The notes under the pieces were generated by a model. That model worked only from the letters and a program-made list of their open reading frames with translations, searched no databases and was not told the DNA's origin. Below are positions 18,791 through 28,018 of a DNA stretch of 64,000 nt, piece by piece. Position 1 is the stretch's first letter, and each line of letters opens with the position of its first letter. The position numbers and the translations under genes were made by a program. The DNA is from a virus. The stretch lies in the UHGV virus genome UHGV-1376088; one strand, written 5' to 3'.

Positions 18791-20167
18791 ATGAGTTTGA
18801 GCGTTGCTGATCTGATGGGCGAAATGGATTTTCGTTTGCCGAAGGTTGTACAAAGCAAAGAAGAAGCAGAAGATGGCGATTCTATTGTAGCTGAAGACGG
18901 TATCTATAAATTGGTCCGCGCCATTATTGGTGACTTCTGGATTAAGGCAGAAAGCTTTAAGACTAAGATGGTTGGAATGCCGCAGCTGTCAGAAAGCTTT
19001 ACACAGTCATCTGAAATTCCTAAAATCCCAGGTGAATTGTTTTACGGTATTATCAGATTCTACCGTAAAATTTACGAAACAAATAAAAATGAAGTGATGG
19101 CCCAGATTTGGTGGGATAAAGAAGAGCGCAAATTCCTGGTTGAAGTTCCAGAACAAGAAGTTGCAGGTGCTTCTATTACTTATCAAAGAACCGGCGGATG
19201 GTATGATGATCCTAATAAGGTCCTTGTATTGACATCTCACTCACATCATACAATGGGTGCATTCTATTCATCCGTAGACAATTCAGATGAAAAAGGCAAA
19301 CATGGAATTTACTCATTTGTATTTGGCAATTTAGTAAATAAGCCTGACGGAACATTTACATATAAAACCGTTCAGCGCGTATGCTGTGCAGACGCATTAA
19401 TTCCATTACAGCTGGAAGATATTTTTGATTTTACCGAAGGTTGCGAATTTCTTTTCGAAATCCCAGAAGAGGATTACGCAAAAGTTAAAGCTAAAGTTTA
19501 TAACTATGGAGCTTATGCTAATTATGGCAAATCTAAATCAAAGGGGTTTCCTTACACGGGCGGCCAATCAACTCCCGCAAACGTCTCAAAAATCGAAGAC
19601 AACTATGAATTTTACTCAGGATATCTGGGTTATTCTTACGGGAGTTATGACAGCGCTTGGGATTCTGTGGATTATCCTAACAATGCTTCAACTGTAGGAT
19701 CAAGCGCTATAGAAAAACGATGGCAAACTGGTGCTGAAGCCACGGTTGACAGAGTTAAATATGGATATATTTCCTCTATACTGAGAGGAATGTCCAAGCC
19801 TGGCGATGAGCTCCTGTATAACTATTTTGAATTCAAAGAAATTGAATCTATTGTTTCTGATTTTGTAAATGCTGTAAGCCTGCCGGAAACACATCCGTAT
19901 TATATGTTCGCAGAGCTTCTGAACTCATTTATGTCTAATCTTTTGGAAGGTCTTTCAGATGTACAATATGGTGATCGTGAAGGGCTTAGCAAAATTGAAG
20001 ATCCATCAAAAGCATTTGCCGTTGTGATTGCATCTGCTATTAGTGGTGTGGAGGATTCTTTTAATAGTATGGCTTCTCCTAATAGCGCTGTTGACCTTAT
20101 GAAAGACCATAATTTGAGCTTTTTGTATCTACCAGAACGAATTGCCGCTTATTTAAAAGATTTTTAA
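18791..20167 (+). CDS. JAB/MPN+ (JAMM) metalloprotease domain protein
   Basis: An upstream Glu (E-V-P-E-Q-E) then S-H-S-H-H-T-M-G-A-F-Y-S-S-V-D gives an exact H-x-H-x7-S-x2-D JAMM motif. A long Y/G/S-rich low-complexity C-terminal region follows. Confidence 0.6.
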   Translation: MSLSVADLMGEMDFRLPKVVQSKEEAEDGDSIVAEDGIYKLVRAIIGDFWIKAESFKTKMVGMPQLSESFTQSSEIPKIPGELFYGIIRFYRKIYETNKNEVMAQIWWDKEERKFLVEVPEQEVAGASITYQRTGGWYDDPNKVLVLTSHSHHTMGAFYSSVDNSDEKGKHGIYSFVFGNLVNKPDGTFTYKTVQRVCCADALIPLQLEDIFDFTEGCEFLFEIPEEDYAKVKAKVYNYGAYANYGKSKSKGFPYTGGQSTPANVSKIEDNYEFYSGYLGYSYGSYDSAWDSVDYPNNASTVGSSAIEKRWQTGAEATVDRVKYGYISSILRGMSKPGDELLYNYFEFKEIESIVSDFVNAVSLPETHPYYMFAELLNSFMSNLLEGLSDVQYGDREGLSKIEDPSKAFAVVIASAISGVEDSFNSMASPNSAVDLMKDHNLSFLYLPERIAAYLKDF

Positions 20168-20179
20168 AGGAAATACCTT

Positions 20180-21082
20180 ATGCAAAATGCTGTACTTGGC
20201 AGAAAGAAAATTGAATTTATTTCAACTCAAGATGAAATCAATAAGCATCAGAAAGAAGTTGAAGATTACGAAATGACAAAATTAATGCAACGTCTTTCGT
20301 CCGCCGAAACTAATGCTCCTAAAAAGCCGCTTGACCGCATTGTTGTTGTTGGTTGTGGCGGAACTGGCTCTTGGTTAATTCCAAAACTTGCAAAAACCAT
20401 CAATGATATGAAGCGCAAGAAATTACTTGCTAATCATTTTTCTTTGATTCTTGTTGATGGCGACCAAATTGAACCTAAAAATTTGATTCGGCAGAACTTT
20501 GTTGAATCAGATATTGGTAAAAATAAAGCGGAAATCATGGCTCTTCGATATGGGGCAACGCTTAAAGATATTAATGTCCAATATATCGACAAGTATTTGA
20601 CCGATAAGTCAAGTTTTGACACTAATCACTTTTCCCATATCAATGTTTTGCAGAATATGATTTACGATGACAATTATTGTGTCATATTCAATCTTGTTGA
20701 TAACCAAAATGCAAGACGCGCGGTTCACTCATTACAGTTCTGCGGCTGGATTGTTGATATTGGTAATGAACTGGCACATGGCCAATTGTTTGCAACTCCA
20801 TATGGTTTGACTAGTGGCTTTATTGGATCATTAAGCTTCTTCACTATGTCTCCGGAAACGTTGACGGCAGATGAAGAAGTGAAAATTTATTCTTGCGCCG
20901 AAGCCGATGCGGATACAGAGCTGGAAGAACAGTTCTTGGTTGCCAACGATACAGCTGCTTTGGTTGGACATAACTGGCTATGCTCTTTAATGAGCGGTCC
21001 AGATGTAGTTCCTGCAAGAATTAATTTTACATGCTTGCCAATTCCGACCGTAGAAACAGTGTTGAAAACAATCCGGTTTTAA
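20180..21082 (+). CDS. E1-like ThiF/MoeB-family adenylyltransferase
   Basis: Rossmann I-V-V-V-G-C-G-G-T-G-S-W. D-G-D-Q-I-E-P-K-N-L-I-R-Q corresponds to D-x-D-x-V-x-x-S-N-L-x-R-Q. E-S-D-I-G-K-N-K-A-E and N-L-V-D-N-Q-N-A-R correspond to D-C-T-D-N-x-x-x-R. Confidence 0.7.
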   Translation: MQNAVLGRKKIEFISTQDEINKHQKEVEDYEMTKLMQRLSSAETNAPKKPLDRIVVVGCGGTGSWLIPKLAKTINDMKRKKLLANHFSLILVDGDQIEPKNLIRQNFVESDIGKNKAEIMALRYGATLKDINVQYIDKYLTDKSSFDTNHFSHINVLQNMIYDDNYCVIFNLVDNQNARRAVHSLQFCGWIVDIGNELAHGQLFATPYGLTSGFIGSLSFFTMSPETLTADEEVKIYSCAEADADTELEEQFLVANDTAALVGHNWLCSLMSGPDVVPARINFTCLPIPTVETVLKTIRF

Positions 21083-21089
21083 TGTATAT

Positions 21090-21124
21090 GGTCGACATTA
21101 AATATGTCGACCGTTCTTTACTTT
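21090..21124 (+). terminator. rho-independent terminator after the E1 gene
   Basis: ggtcgacat-taaat-atgtcgacc perfect 9-bp stem then gttctttacttt. Confidence 0.5.
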
Positions 21125-21137
21125 CAAGGAAGTTAAA

Positions 21138-22679
21138 ATGGAAGATAAAAATTTGTGTTTGAGCTTTTTAGCGCCTATGATGAATTTGTCTCAAACATTT
21201 TTAAATATTATCGAAAAAATTGAAAACGAAGAATGCTCTATTGACTCTTCGTTTCCTGAAAAGTTATTCAATAAGACGCCAAAAGAAGATGTTTTAAACG
21301 CGATTGAAACTCTCATTGATTATAATAATTTATTTTTGATTGACTTTGATGAGTATTCGAAAAAAGTAAAAACCTTATCAGATTTCGTTGGTAATTGTAA
21401 CAACACAATTCTTTTCAGAAACTTTAGAACTGATAAGGGTCGTGAAGTTTGCTATATCAATAAGCAGATCCCAGACATTTATTCAGATAGGATTAAAGAG
21501 ATCCATTCTAATATTAGACCCTTAATAGGCCGCCTAACTCCTAGACTGAATTTAATTAAAAATCAGAATTCTACAGATTCATATGTAGACATTAATTACG
21601 ATCAGATGGCCATCAAATCAGATATTTCTTCGTTCTTTCGCTCTGTAAGATTTGAAAATGTTATTAAATACCTCTCTAAGACTTTCCTTGTTAAAAATAT
21701 ACTTATGTATAGCAAAAGTCAAACTGAAAACAAAGAGCTTAGAGTATTTGAGCGAATTGAAATTGCTTTATGGGGATTTATTAGTTGTCTATTCCATAAT
21801 GGTATTATCCCTACTGGAGCTAGATATGCAAATGATTTAGCCGCCTGCTATTTGAATAATCTTGTTTTTAATACCTTTAGAAAGGACATGCTATATTCGA
21901 ATCGTGCAAGAATCTATGTATATGTAGATGACCTGCTCTTTCTCGGAGAGGAAGGCAATGTTAAAGAATTTTATGCGGAATTCGAAAAGGCTATCAATAA
22001 AGGCGGACTATATCTGAATTATAAGAAGACTCAATATTTTTATCCTAAAAATGGAATTCTTGAGTATTCTTCTTTGGGCAGAACTAGAAAATTTGACTTC
22101 ACAACTGGTTTTGTTTCTAAAGTTGATTCGAAAGCCCGCAAAAAATGTTTGGATATTATTAAAGAGCGCCGCGAATACGATGCCTCTGAGAAGGGTATCA
22201 TTAATTATGCATTATATATGAGGCATGGAGCCAATAAGATTGTCAATCCAGATATATTAATGCATTCTTATTTTAATGATAAATCCGAACTGTGGGATAA
22301 ACTTATAGCAGGTGAATTGAATCTGAAATTGAATAAGAGTATTTTTGATCCCACTAATCTGAAATATAAGGATATATGTATAATGTCAAAAGATATTGAT
22401 GTCGGTTTTCTTTCCGCTCATCAATTCCTTGACATTACAGATGCGATAGCAGAATTTGTAAAACTGTTTATCCTCGACAATCCTTTTGGTCTTAACCTAT
22501 ATGGAATTAATCTAACAGAATCCAATGAGGGTAATTATAATTTAATTCTGAATTTGGTAAGACAACGATCCAGAGGCACTGCGAATATAATCCCATGTCC
22601 TTTAATTTTCAGAAAAGATTTCCTAAACGGACTTTATGTAGAAGGCAAAGATGAAAGCGCTTTAAATGGATGGATATAA
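21138..22679 (+). CDS. reverse transcriptase (divergent; Abi/UG-like with C-terminal extension)
   Basis: RT motif A S-D-I-S-S-F-F-R-S-V. Motif B-like G-I-I-P-T-G-A-R-Y-A-N-D-L-A-A-C-Y-L. Motif C Y-V-Y-V-D-D-L-L-F-L-G. Motif D/E G-L-Y-L-N-Y-K-K-T-Q. About 230 aa follow the RT core. Confidence 0.6.
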   Translation: MEDKNLCLSFLAPMMNLSQTFLNIIEKIENEECSIDSSFPEKLFNKTPKEDVLNAIETLIDYNNLFLIDFDEYSKKVKTLSDFVGNCNNTILFRNFRTDKGREVCYINKQIPDIYSDRIKEIHSNIRPLIGRLTPRLNLIKNQNSTDSYVDINYDQMAIKSDISSFFRSVRFENVIKYLSKTFLVKNILMYSKSQTENKELRVFERIEIALWGFISCLFHNGIIPTGARYANDLAACYLNNLVFNTFRKDMLYSNRARIYVYVDDLLFLGEEGNVKEFYAEFEKAINKGGLYLNYKKTQYFYPKNGILEYSSLGRTRKFDFTTGFVSKVDSKARKKCLDIIKERREYDASEKGIINYALYMRHGANKIVNPDILMHSYFNDKSELWDKLIAGELNLKLNKSIFDPTNLKYKDICIMSKDIDVGFLSAHQFLDITDAIAEFVKLFILDNPFGLNLYGINLTESNEGNYNLILNLVRQRSRGTANIIPCPLIFRKDFLNGLYVEGKDESALNGWI

Positions 22680-22728
22680 TCTATTGAATTGCAGCTTTCA
22701 ATTAAATTATTAAAATAAGGATAATAAT

Positions 22729-23589
22729 ATGCATAATATGATTTATGTAGTGAGTAGACGTGTAACTTCTCAAGAGTCTGAAGCAATTAAACGTATTTTT
22801 TCTTTAGCCCATATTAGCCCAGAGTTTGTACGAATTATTGATATCGATTCTGAAGATCTGAATGTTTCTGGTAAATCTATTTTCCTATGCTTCAATGAGA
22901 CGTCCGGGAAAGTAACTATGCCGCTGTCTAAAGAACGAGGATATCCGGGATATGCATTTCTTAAAGACTTTACTGATGATGTACAAAAGGTTGCGGTTTG
23001 TATCTTATCAGAATCTATTTCCCATTATGCATTGCCACATTGCTTGGTATCTGATAAGGCTATGCTCTGGAATTGCGTCCAAAAGATTGCAGCTAAATTC
23101 TCCGAATGGTATCCGAGTTTAGTTCAACATAGTCAGCCTCAGCCTCAAGTCCAAGAGACTAAGCAAGTAGAGACCAAGCAGGAACCTGTTGATAATGTTA
23201 CCCATAAGGCGCCTGAGAATGTACAGGAACTCCCTAAAGAGGCTGAACCTGAGCAACCCTATGTCCGACCTGATAATGCTCCTACAGCATTCTCTGTAGT
23301 CCAGGAAACGGCAGATGGAACCGAAGTCTCATTTCAGGTTGACGAAATGATTGACCGTATGATTGACTCGATGAAGCTGAGCGACCCTGGATTAGGTAAA
23401 TCTTTAAAACTTATGGAATCTGTTGTGTTGGAATCCAACAGTGGTCAGCGGATTACAGTGTATCCTGGAAATATCGTTAAAGACCCAAGCGAAGGTGTAC
23501 ATATATCCTTTAAGGATGTTTGCTCATTAGTTAAGCTTGCATTAATTTCAGAGTCAGATAGAATTCGTTTTATTTTGAGAAGAGAGTAA
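22729..23589 (+). CDS. hypothetical protein with P/E/Q-rich linker
   Basis: 286 aa. Two domains separated by a Q-P-Q-P-Q-V-Q-E-T-K-Q linker. Confidence 0.3.
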   Translation: MHNMIYVVSRRVTSQESEAIKRIFSLAHISPEFVRIIDIDSEDLNVSGKSIFLCFNETSGKVTMPLSKERGYPGYAFLKDFTDDVQKVAVCILSESISHYALPHCLVSDKAMLWNCVQKIAAKFSEWYPSLVQHSQPQPQVQETKQVETKQEPVDNVTHKAPENVQELPKEAEPEQPYVRPDNAPTAFSVVQETADGTEVSFQVDEMIDRMIDSMKLSDPGLGKSLKLMESVVLESNSGQRITVYPGNIVKDPSEGVHISFKDVCSLVKLALISESDRIRFILRRE

Positions 23590-23590
23590 T

Positions 23591-23908
23591 ATGAAATACA
23601 AGAATCTAGAAGAAACAACAGAAAGCGAAGTTATGACCACTAGCGGGCCAGTCTTCAAAGAAAGATCAGATCCAGATAAGTTTAATGCTCCTATTTCTGA
23701 AGAAAGAGAAGATCCTGAACGGTCGGATGAAAAAATGATCGTAATTAAAGAAAAAGATGGTTCGATCTCTTTCTCTATTGACGATAATTGGGCCGCATAT
23801 GAAGTTATTGGCGCATTGGAAATGGTCAAGAGCACTGTTTTAAACAGAGTTAATCCACAGGCTCCAAGCATTATGGACAGAATCTTGATGAAATCTGGAA
23901 TCAAATAA
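23591..23908 (+). CDS. hypothetical acidic protein
   Basis: 105 aa. Confidence 0.3.
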   Translation: MKYKNLEETTESEVMTTSGPVFKERSDPDKFNAPISEEREDPERSDEKMIVIKEKDGSISFSIDDNWAAYEVIGALEMVKSTVLNRVNPQAPSIMDRILMKSGIK

Positions 23909-23948
23909 ATCTCATTTTTTATAATGAGCCATGTAAAGGATATTAAAT

Positions 23949-24497
23949 ATGGGACCCTATTTACTAAGACGCCTAATTTTATGTCTAATATCTCAAATGT
24001 CAGGAAAAGATTTTACATTTGATGAGGATAATTTTAGCTGGCGAATTAAAAATGAAATAGGGTCTTTCCTTGGCATGAACGAAATGGACGTAGTGGTAGA
24101 TAGAATAACATACGATTCTAGAAACATGAATATAGGTTTAAAGATTCCTGACTTCAAAATCTATAGGCATTCAAATGTTCCATCTAATATTATGAAAAGC
24201 TATTATTTTCTATATTTATGGTTAAAAGAGAATAATATGAACTTTGCTGAATGGAACAAATTAAATTTCAAAAATTTGGAAATGGTAAACTATATTCATG
24301 TTGATAAAAGCATGAAACATGATAGGGTTCATCCTGGTGAGTTTTTCTTACTTACGATGCCTTCTAGTCGTTTATACTTTCCTATTTATTTATTCTTTAA
24401 TAAAGACTTTTTGGAAATACTTCGTATATTGTACATCGATATTCATAACCAATGCGTTAGCGATTGTGACGATTTAGATTCATATCGATTAAATTAA
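23949..24497 (+). CDS. hypothetical protein
   Basis: 182 aa. Confidence 0.3.
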   Translation: MGPYLLRRLILCLISQMSGKDFTFDEDNFSWRIKNEIGSFLGMNEMDVVVDRITYDSRNMNIGLKIPDFKIYRHSNVPSNIMKSYYFLYLWLKENNMNFAEWNKLNFKNLEMVNYIHVDKSMKHDRVHPGEFFLLTMPSSRLYFPIYLFFNKDFLEILRILYIDIHNQCVSDCDDLDSYRLN

Positions 24498-24514
24498 AAC
24501 AGAAAGATATTAAC

Positions 24515-25276
24515 ATGTCCCCTTTGGAAAATGAAATTTTTTTGCGTGCAGCTGTTTCAAATGTTGCAGAATTGCGTAACACAAAAGTAAAATTTAAGGA
24601 TTTTACTATTGATAGTTATCGCAGATCTTTAAATACCCATCTCAGAAAACTCTTGCCAGGCACTACCGTAACATTTAATAATAATAGAATGAGAGTTGTT
24701 ATTCCTAATTTGAGGCTTTTCGATAAAGAGTATATGAATGAGGCTACAAATAGGGTTTCAGAAATTATCCGTGCTCCTTATTTAACCGGAGAAATAGATG
24801 TAAGATTTCATGCATTTTTTGCATATAATGCAAGCGAAATCATTTCGAAACTATTTAAGCTTCGTAATTATATGATTTCTAACAGCTATCTAGCTGACTC
24901 CGTAGATGGTATTGATGATTATGTTTTCGGTTCGTATTTGACCAATATAAGATATGAATTTGAAGAGGATGAAATCAAACCGCTAATGTCTACTGACAGA
25001 GAAGAGTATCATAAGTTTGTTAGATCTCTGGCATTTGAACATCCTGCAGGTCAACATATCAGTAATAACTATACCCCGATACTAACCAATCATAATACAT
25101 ATATTTATCATCATAGTGAAAATATGTTTTTGGTTAACTTGGCAACTACTGTGTTTGATCCTAATAGAAGATCTGGAAGATTCGTACTTTCAATTCCAAT
25201 TCAAGGGGTCCTTGATAAAAACTTTTTGACACTCCTTGCGGGTGTATTTGAAAGTTTAAATAATGATAACGGTTAA
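24515..25276 (+). CDS. hypothetical protein
   Basis: 253 aa. Confidence 0.3.
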   Translation: MSPLENEIFLRAAVSNVAELRNTKVKFKDFTIDSYRRSLNTHLRKLLPGTTVTFNNNRMRVVIPNLRLFDKEYMNEATNRVSEIIRAPYLTGEIDVRFHAFFAYNASEIISKLFKLRNYMISNSYLADSVDGIDDYVFGSYLTNIRYEFEEDEIKPLMSTDREEYHKFVRSLAFEHPAGQHISNNYTPILTNHNTYIYHHSENMFLVNLATTVFDPNRRSGRFVLSIPIQGVLDKNFLTLLAGVFESLNNDNG

Positions 25277-25278
25277 TT

Positions 25279-25854
25279 ATGAGCGTTTATTTTTGTGGTA
25301 TTGACTTATCTGTTACCAATACTGGATTAGCAGTTGTTGAGTACCTGGGTGATAGTAAATTTAATCTAATTGATATTAAGTCTATTACGCCCAATCCGAG
25401 GACAAAAGGTTTTAATAAGAAATTAGAATCTTTAGAATGTTTTATTTTTGCGACAGAGTCCTTTAGTTCAATTAAGGACTCTAAATTTTTTGTATTAGAA
25501 AACTATAGCTTTGGTTCACCAGGACGATTAACTGATCTTGCAGAATTGGCGGGATTGTATAAGGGACATATTATACGTGGACTTGGTAAAAGCTATGATG
25601 TAATTGCACCGCAAACAGTTAAAAAAATAATTACAGGCTCTGGAAGAGCCGATAAAAATGAGGTTCAAGAATCATTAAAAAATTTTGTTGTAAATATTGA
25701 GAATTTCACATTCAACAATTACGATGAATCTGATGCTGTTGCGGTTGCCGTGTCATACGGCTTGCAAATGGAAGAAATACAAAATGGAAATAAAGAAAAT
25801 AAAAAAGATATTAGCGAAGTTAAACAAAGTAATAGAAGAAGAAAGTCCAACTAA
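25279..25854 (+). CDS. RuvC-like Holliday junction resolvase
   Basis: The N-terminal C-G-I-D-L-S-V-T-N-T-G-L-A-V-V-E matches RuvC I-L-G-I-D-P-G-S-x-x-T-G-x-A-V. The C-terminal D-E-S-D-A-V-A-V-A-V-S-Y matches the RuvC D-A-A-D-A-L-A-I-A motif. Confidence 0.55.
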   Translation: MSVYFCGIDLSVTNTGLAVVEYLGDSKFNLIDIKSITPNPRTKGFNKKLESLECFIFATESFSSIKDSKFFVLENYSFGSPGRLTDLAELAGLYKGHIIRGLGKSYDVIAPQTVKKIITGSGRADKNEVQESLKNFVVNIENFTFNNYDESDAVAVAVSYGLQMEEIQNGNKENKKDISEVKQSNRRRKSN

Positions 25855-26077
25855 TGCCGAGTTTATTTTATCTGTTGCTAATTTGCTGCGAGTCTTTTCG
25901 CTTGCGCATATAGTATTAGATGCCAATATTCCTAAATTTAATTATAACGATAGCTTTGAAGTTGAAAAAATGTGTTTAACCTATCCGGATAATTTTGGAT
26001 TGCAACTTATGCTTCAGGTTCATGTTCTAATTAAAATGTCTGAACGTTTTTCCGATTCACCCGAAATAGAGAAATAA
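25784..26077 (+). CDS. hypothetical protein (overlaps resolvase 3' end)
   Basis: Internal Met of ORF 25697..26077. Overlaps the RuvC-like gene in another frame. Uncertain. Confidence 0.2.
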   Translation: MEIKKIKKILAKLNKVIEEESPTNAEFILSVANLLRVFSLAHIVLDANIPKFNYNDSFEVEKMCLTYPDNFGLQLMLQVHVLIKMSERFSDSPEIEK

Positions 26078-26078
26078 T

Positions 26079-26597
26079 ATGTCTGAAACTATTGAAACGT
26101 CCATGATTGGGTATCGCAATTATGATGAGTATGTTTCTTCTTTTATGGAAAATGTTCCATTTAGAGGAAAGTCTTTGACCGAATGGGAAAGGGAAGTTCA
26201 ACTTCCGATTGTTAATGAACATTCGGACACTGCTGATTTACGGGCTGCAAATGCAAGGTTTATAGAAATTCTTCGCATTGTTAACTCTAATTATGCTTAT
26301 GCAAAAGCGGCATACAAAACCTGTGAAGTTCATTATCAAGCTGCAATGCTGGCATCTAAAAAAGAAATTATGGAGCGTTTCGAAGCTCAAGAAGTTAAGC
26401 GCAGACCCAGCATTGAGGCATTGAACTCTATGGCTATGGAAGAATGCAAGACAAAATATATTGCAATGAATATAGCAGAATCATTTTTAGATTATTGGCA
26501 TATTCAAAATGAAAAAATTAAAATTTTCGATTCAAGACTTGGTGGTCTTGGATACTTGGTATCTCTAGAGGAGAGATACTCTACTAGAGGTCAATAA
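26079..26597 (+). CDS. hypothetical protein
   Basis: 172 aa. Confidence 0.3.
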   Translation: MSETIETSMIGYRNYDEYVSSFMENVPFRGKSLTEWEREVQLPIVNEHSDTADLRAANARFIEILRIVNSNYAYAKAAYKTCEVHYQAAMLASKKEIMERFEAQEVKRRPSIEALNSMAMEECKTKYIAMNIAESFLDYWHIQNEKIKIFDSRLGGLGYLVSLEERYSTRGQ

Positions 26598-26626
26598 TAA
26601 CTCTAATTTAAAAGGACAACGCAGAA

Positions 26627-27277
26627 GTGTCTAAAATAGAAATGAACGTTTCGCCCGACGTCAAAAGGGCAATGACTAACTTTAAGACTGCAATGAATAA
26701 GAAGTATGGAGAAGGTAGTGATATTTTTGCCAACGGGCAGTATCAGAATTTTGAGTCTATCTCTTCTGGTTCTGCCATTCTTGATGGTCTTCTTGGTAAT
26801 GGAGGATGGGTCAGGGGCCGTGTTCACGAAATCTTTGGCGCGTCCGGTTCTGGCAAATCCACTATTGTATCTTTGACTTGTGCAAATGCACGTCGACAAT
26901 ATCCGGATAAATACATTTTATATGTGGACGCCGAACAAGCGCAAAACCATGCCTATATGAAAAAATTGGGGCTTGATTGCGAGAACGATGAAGGTGTCGT
27001 ATTCCTCCAGATGCAGGAAGCTGAGAATGTCTTTGAAGTTATTGACGGTGCGGTTGCTACCGGCGCCTTTAGTTTGGTTGTCGTTGATAGTGTTCCAGCG
27101 TTAATGACTAAACGCGAATTGAATGGCGATTACGACAAAGAAACGATGGCCGAGAAAGCTCGCTTCCTGTCTAAAGCTTTGCCCAAGCTTTTGGAATCTT
27201 TGAAGAAAGCTAATACCACTATGATTTTTGTGAATCAGGTAAGGGACAAGATGGATATGTGGGGCGGAGTTACTACC
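26627..27277 (+). CDS. recA: RecA/UvsX-like recombinase, exon 1
   Basis: I-L-D-G-L-L-G-N-G-G-W-V-R-G-R-V-H-E-I-F-G-A-S-G-S-G-K-S-T (Walker A) and T-M-I-F-V-N-Q-V-R-D-K-M match RecA. Homology stops at T-T-P-G(N) and resumes in the next ORF. Confidence 0.7.
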
Positions 27278-27577
27278 CCTGGTAATAGTATCTATGGTTA
27301 CTATTTAGTAACTGTAGATTTCTGCCGTTCATAGTGGAAACATTATGAATCATGATAGCGGAATTAAGCGAGAAAATCCTCCCTCTTAGATAGGACAACT
27401 CGAACCGAAGGCTGGCCCTAACGGCCCAGTCAGGGGCAACGCATAGAAGCTGAAACTAATAATAGAATATAATGCTTCCACGAGGCCGCTACACCTAAGT
27501 CCTTTGGATATGGTGAAAAAGTATGCTGAACTGCATTGTAATGATGCAGAGGCAGAGATAAAAAGCTCTGCGATAAC
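27278..27577 (+). mobile_element. ORF-less group-I-like intron in recA (boundaries about 10 nt uncertain)
   Basis: About 300 nt interrupt RecA between T-T-P-G-N and A-I-P-F-Y-C-S-S-R-V. The sequence shares the core seen in the dnaE introns (the cacctaagt...atggtgaaaa...gataacaa motifs). It is GC-richer than flanking DNA. Confidence 0.55.
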
Positions 27578-28018
27578 AAAATGGGAAAAGCCATTCCGTT
27601 TTATTGCTCAAGTCGTGTTAAAGTAAATTCGACCCCGTCAATGCGAATTAAAAATTCAGCCGGCGATGGATTCATTGGTCAAACCGTGGACTTTACTATA
27701 ATTAAGAATAAAGTCGGTAGTCCTTTTGGTGTTGGTGAATCTAATCTTTATTTTGGTGTTGGTTTTAATAAAGTTGAAGAACTTATTGAAGCTGCTATTG
27801 CCAAAGATGTTTTTGAAAAGGGCGGAGCCTGGTACACATTACCTTATTGTACTGAAGATGGCGAAGTTTTAAAATTTCAAGGTAAAACTGGCCTTAAATC
27901 ATATTATGAAGCCAATCCTTCCGAATTAGATAAACTTCAAGAACTTGTTAACAATGCGGGACGTGATGATGAAATTCAAGTAGTTGGGGCGCCCGGTACA
28001 GTTGAGGATGGATATTAA
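27578..28018 (+). CDS. recA: RecA/UvsX-like recombinase, exon 2
   Basis: G-K-A-I-P-F-Y-C-S-S-R-V-K-V corresponds to RecA G-N-A-L-K-F-Y-A-S-V-R-L. V-G-S-P-F-G matches the RecA A-A-P-F-K region. Confidence 0.65.
   Translation, partial: KMGKAIPFYCSSRVKVNSTPSMRIKNSAGDGFIGQTVDFTIIKNKVGSPFGVGESNLYFGVGFNKVEELIEAAIAKDVFEKGGAWYTLPYCTEDGEVLKFQGKTGLKSYYEANPSELDKLQELVNNAGRDDEIQVVGAPGTVEDGY

Noticed and set aside
21083-22728. Diversity-generating retroelement around the RT
   Set aside because: No nearby pair of about 100-bp near-identical repeats with adenine-specific differences was visible by eye. The RT lacks the DGR-typical motif-B variant and is about 150 aa longer. This cannot be fully excluded without a computational repeat search.
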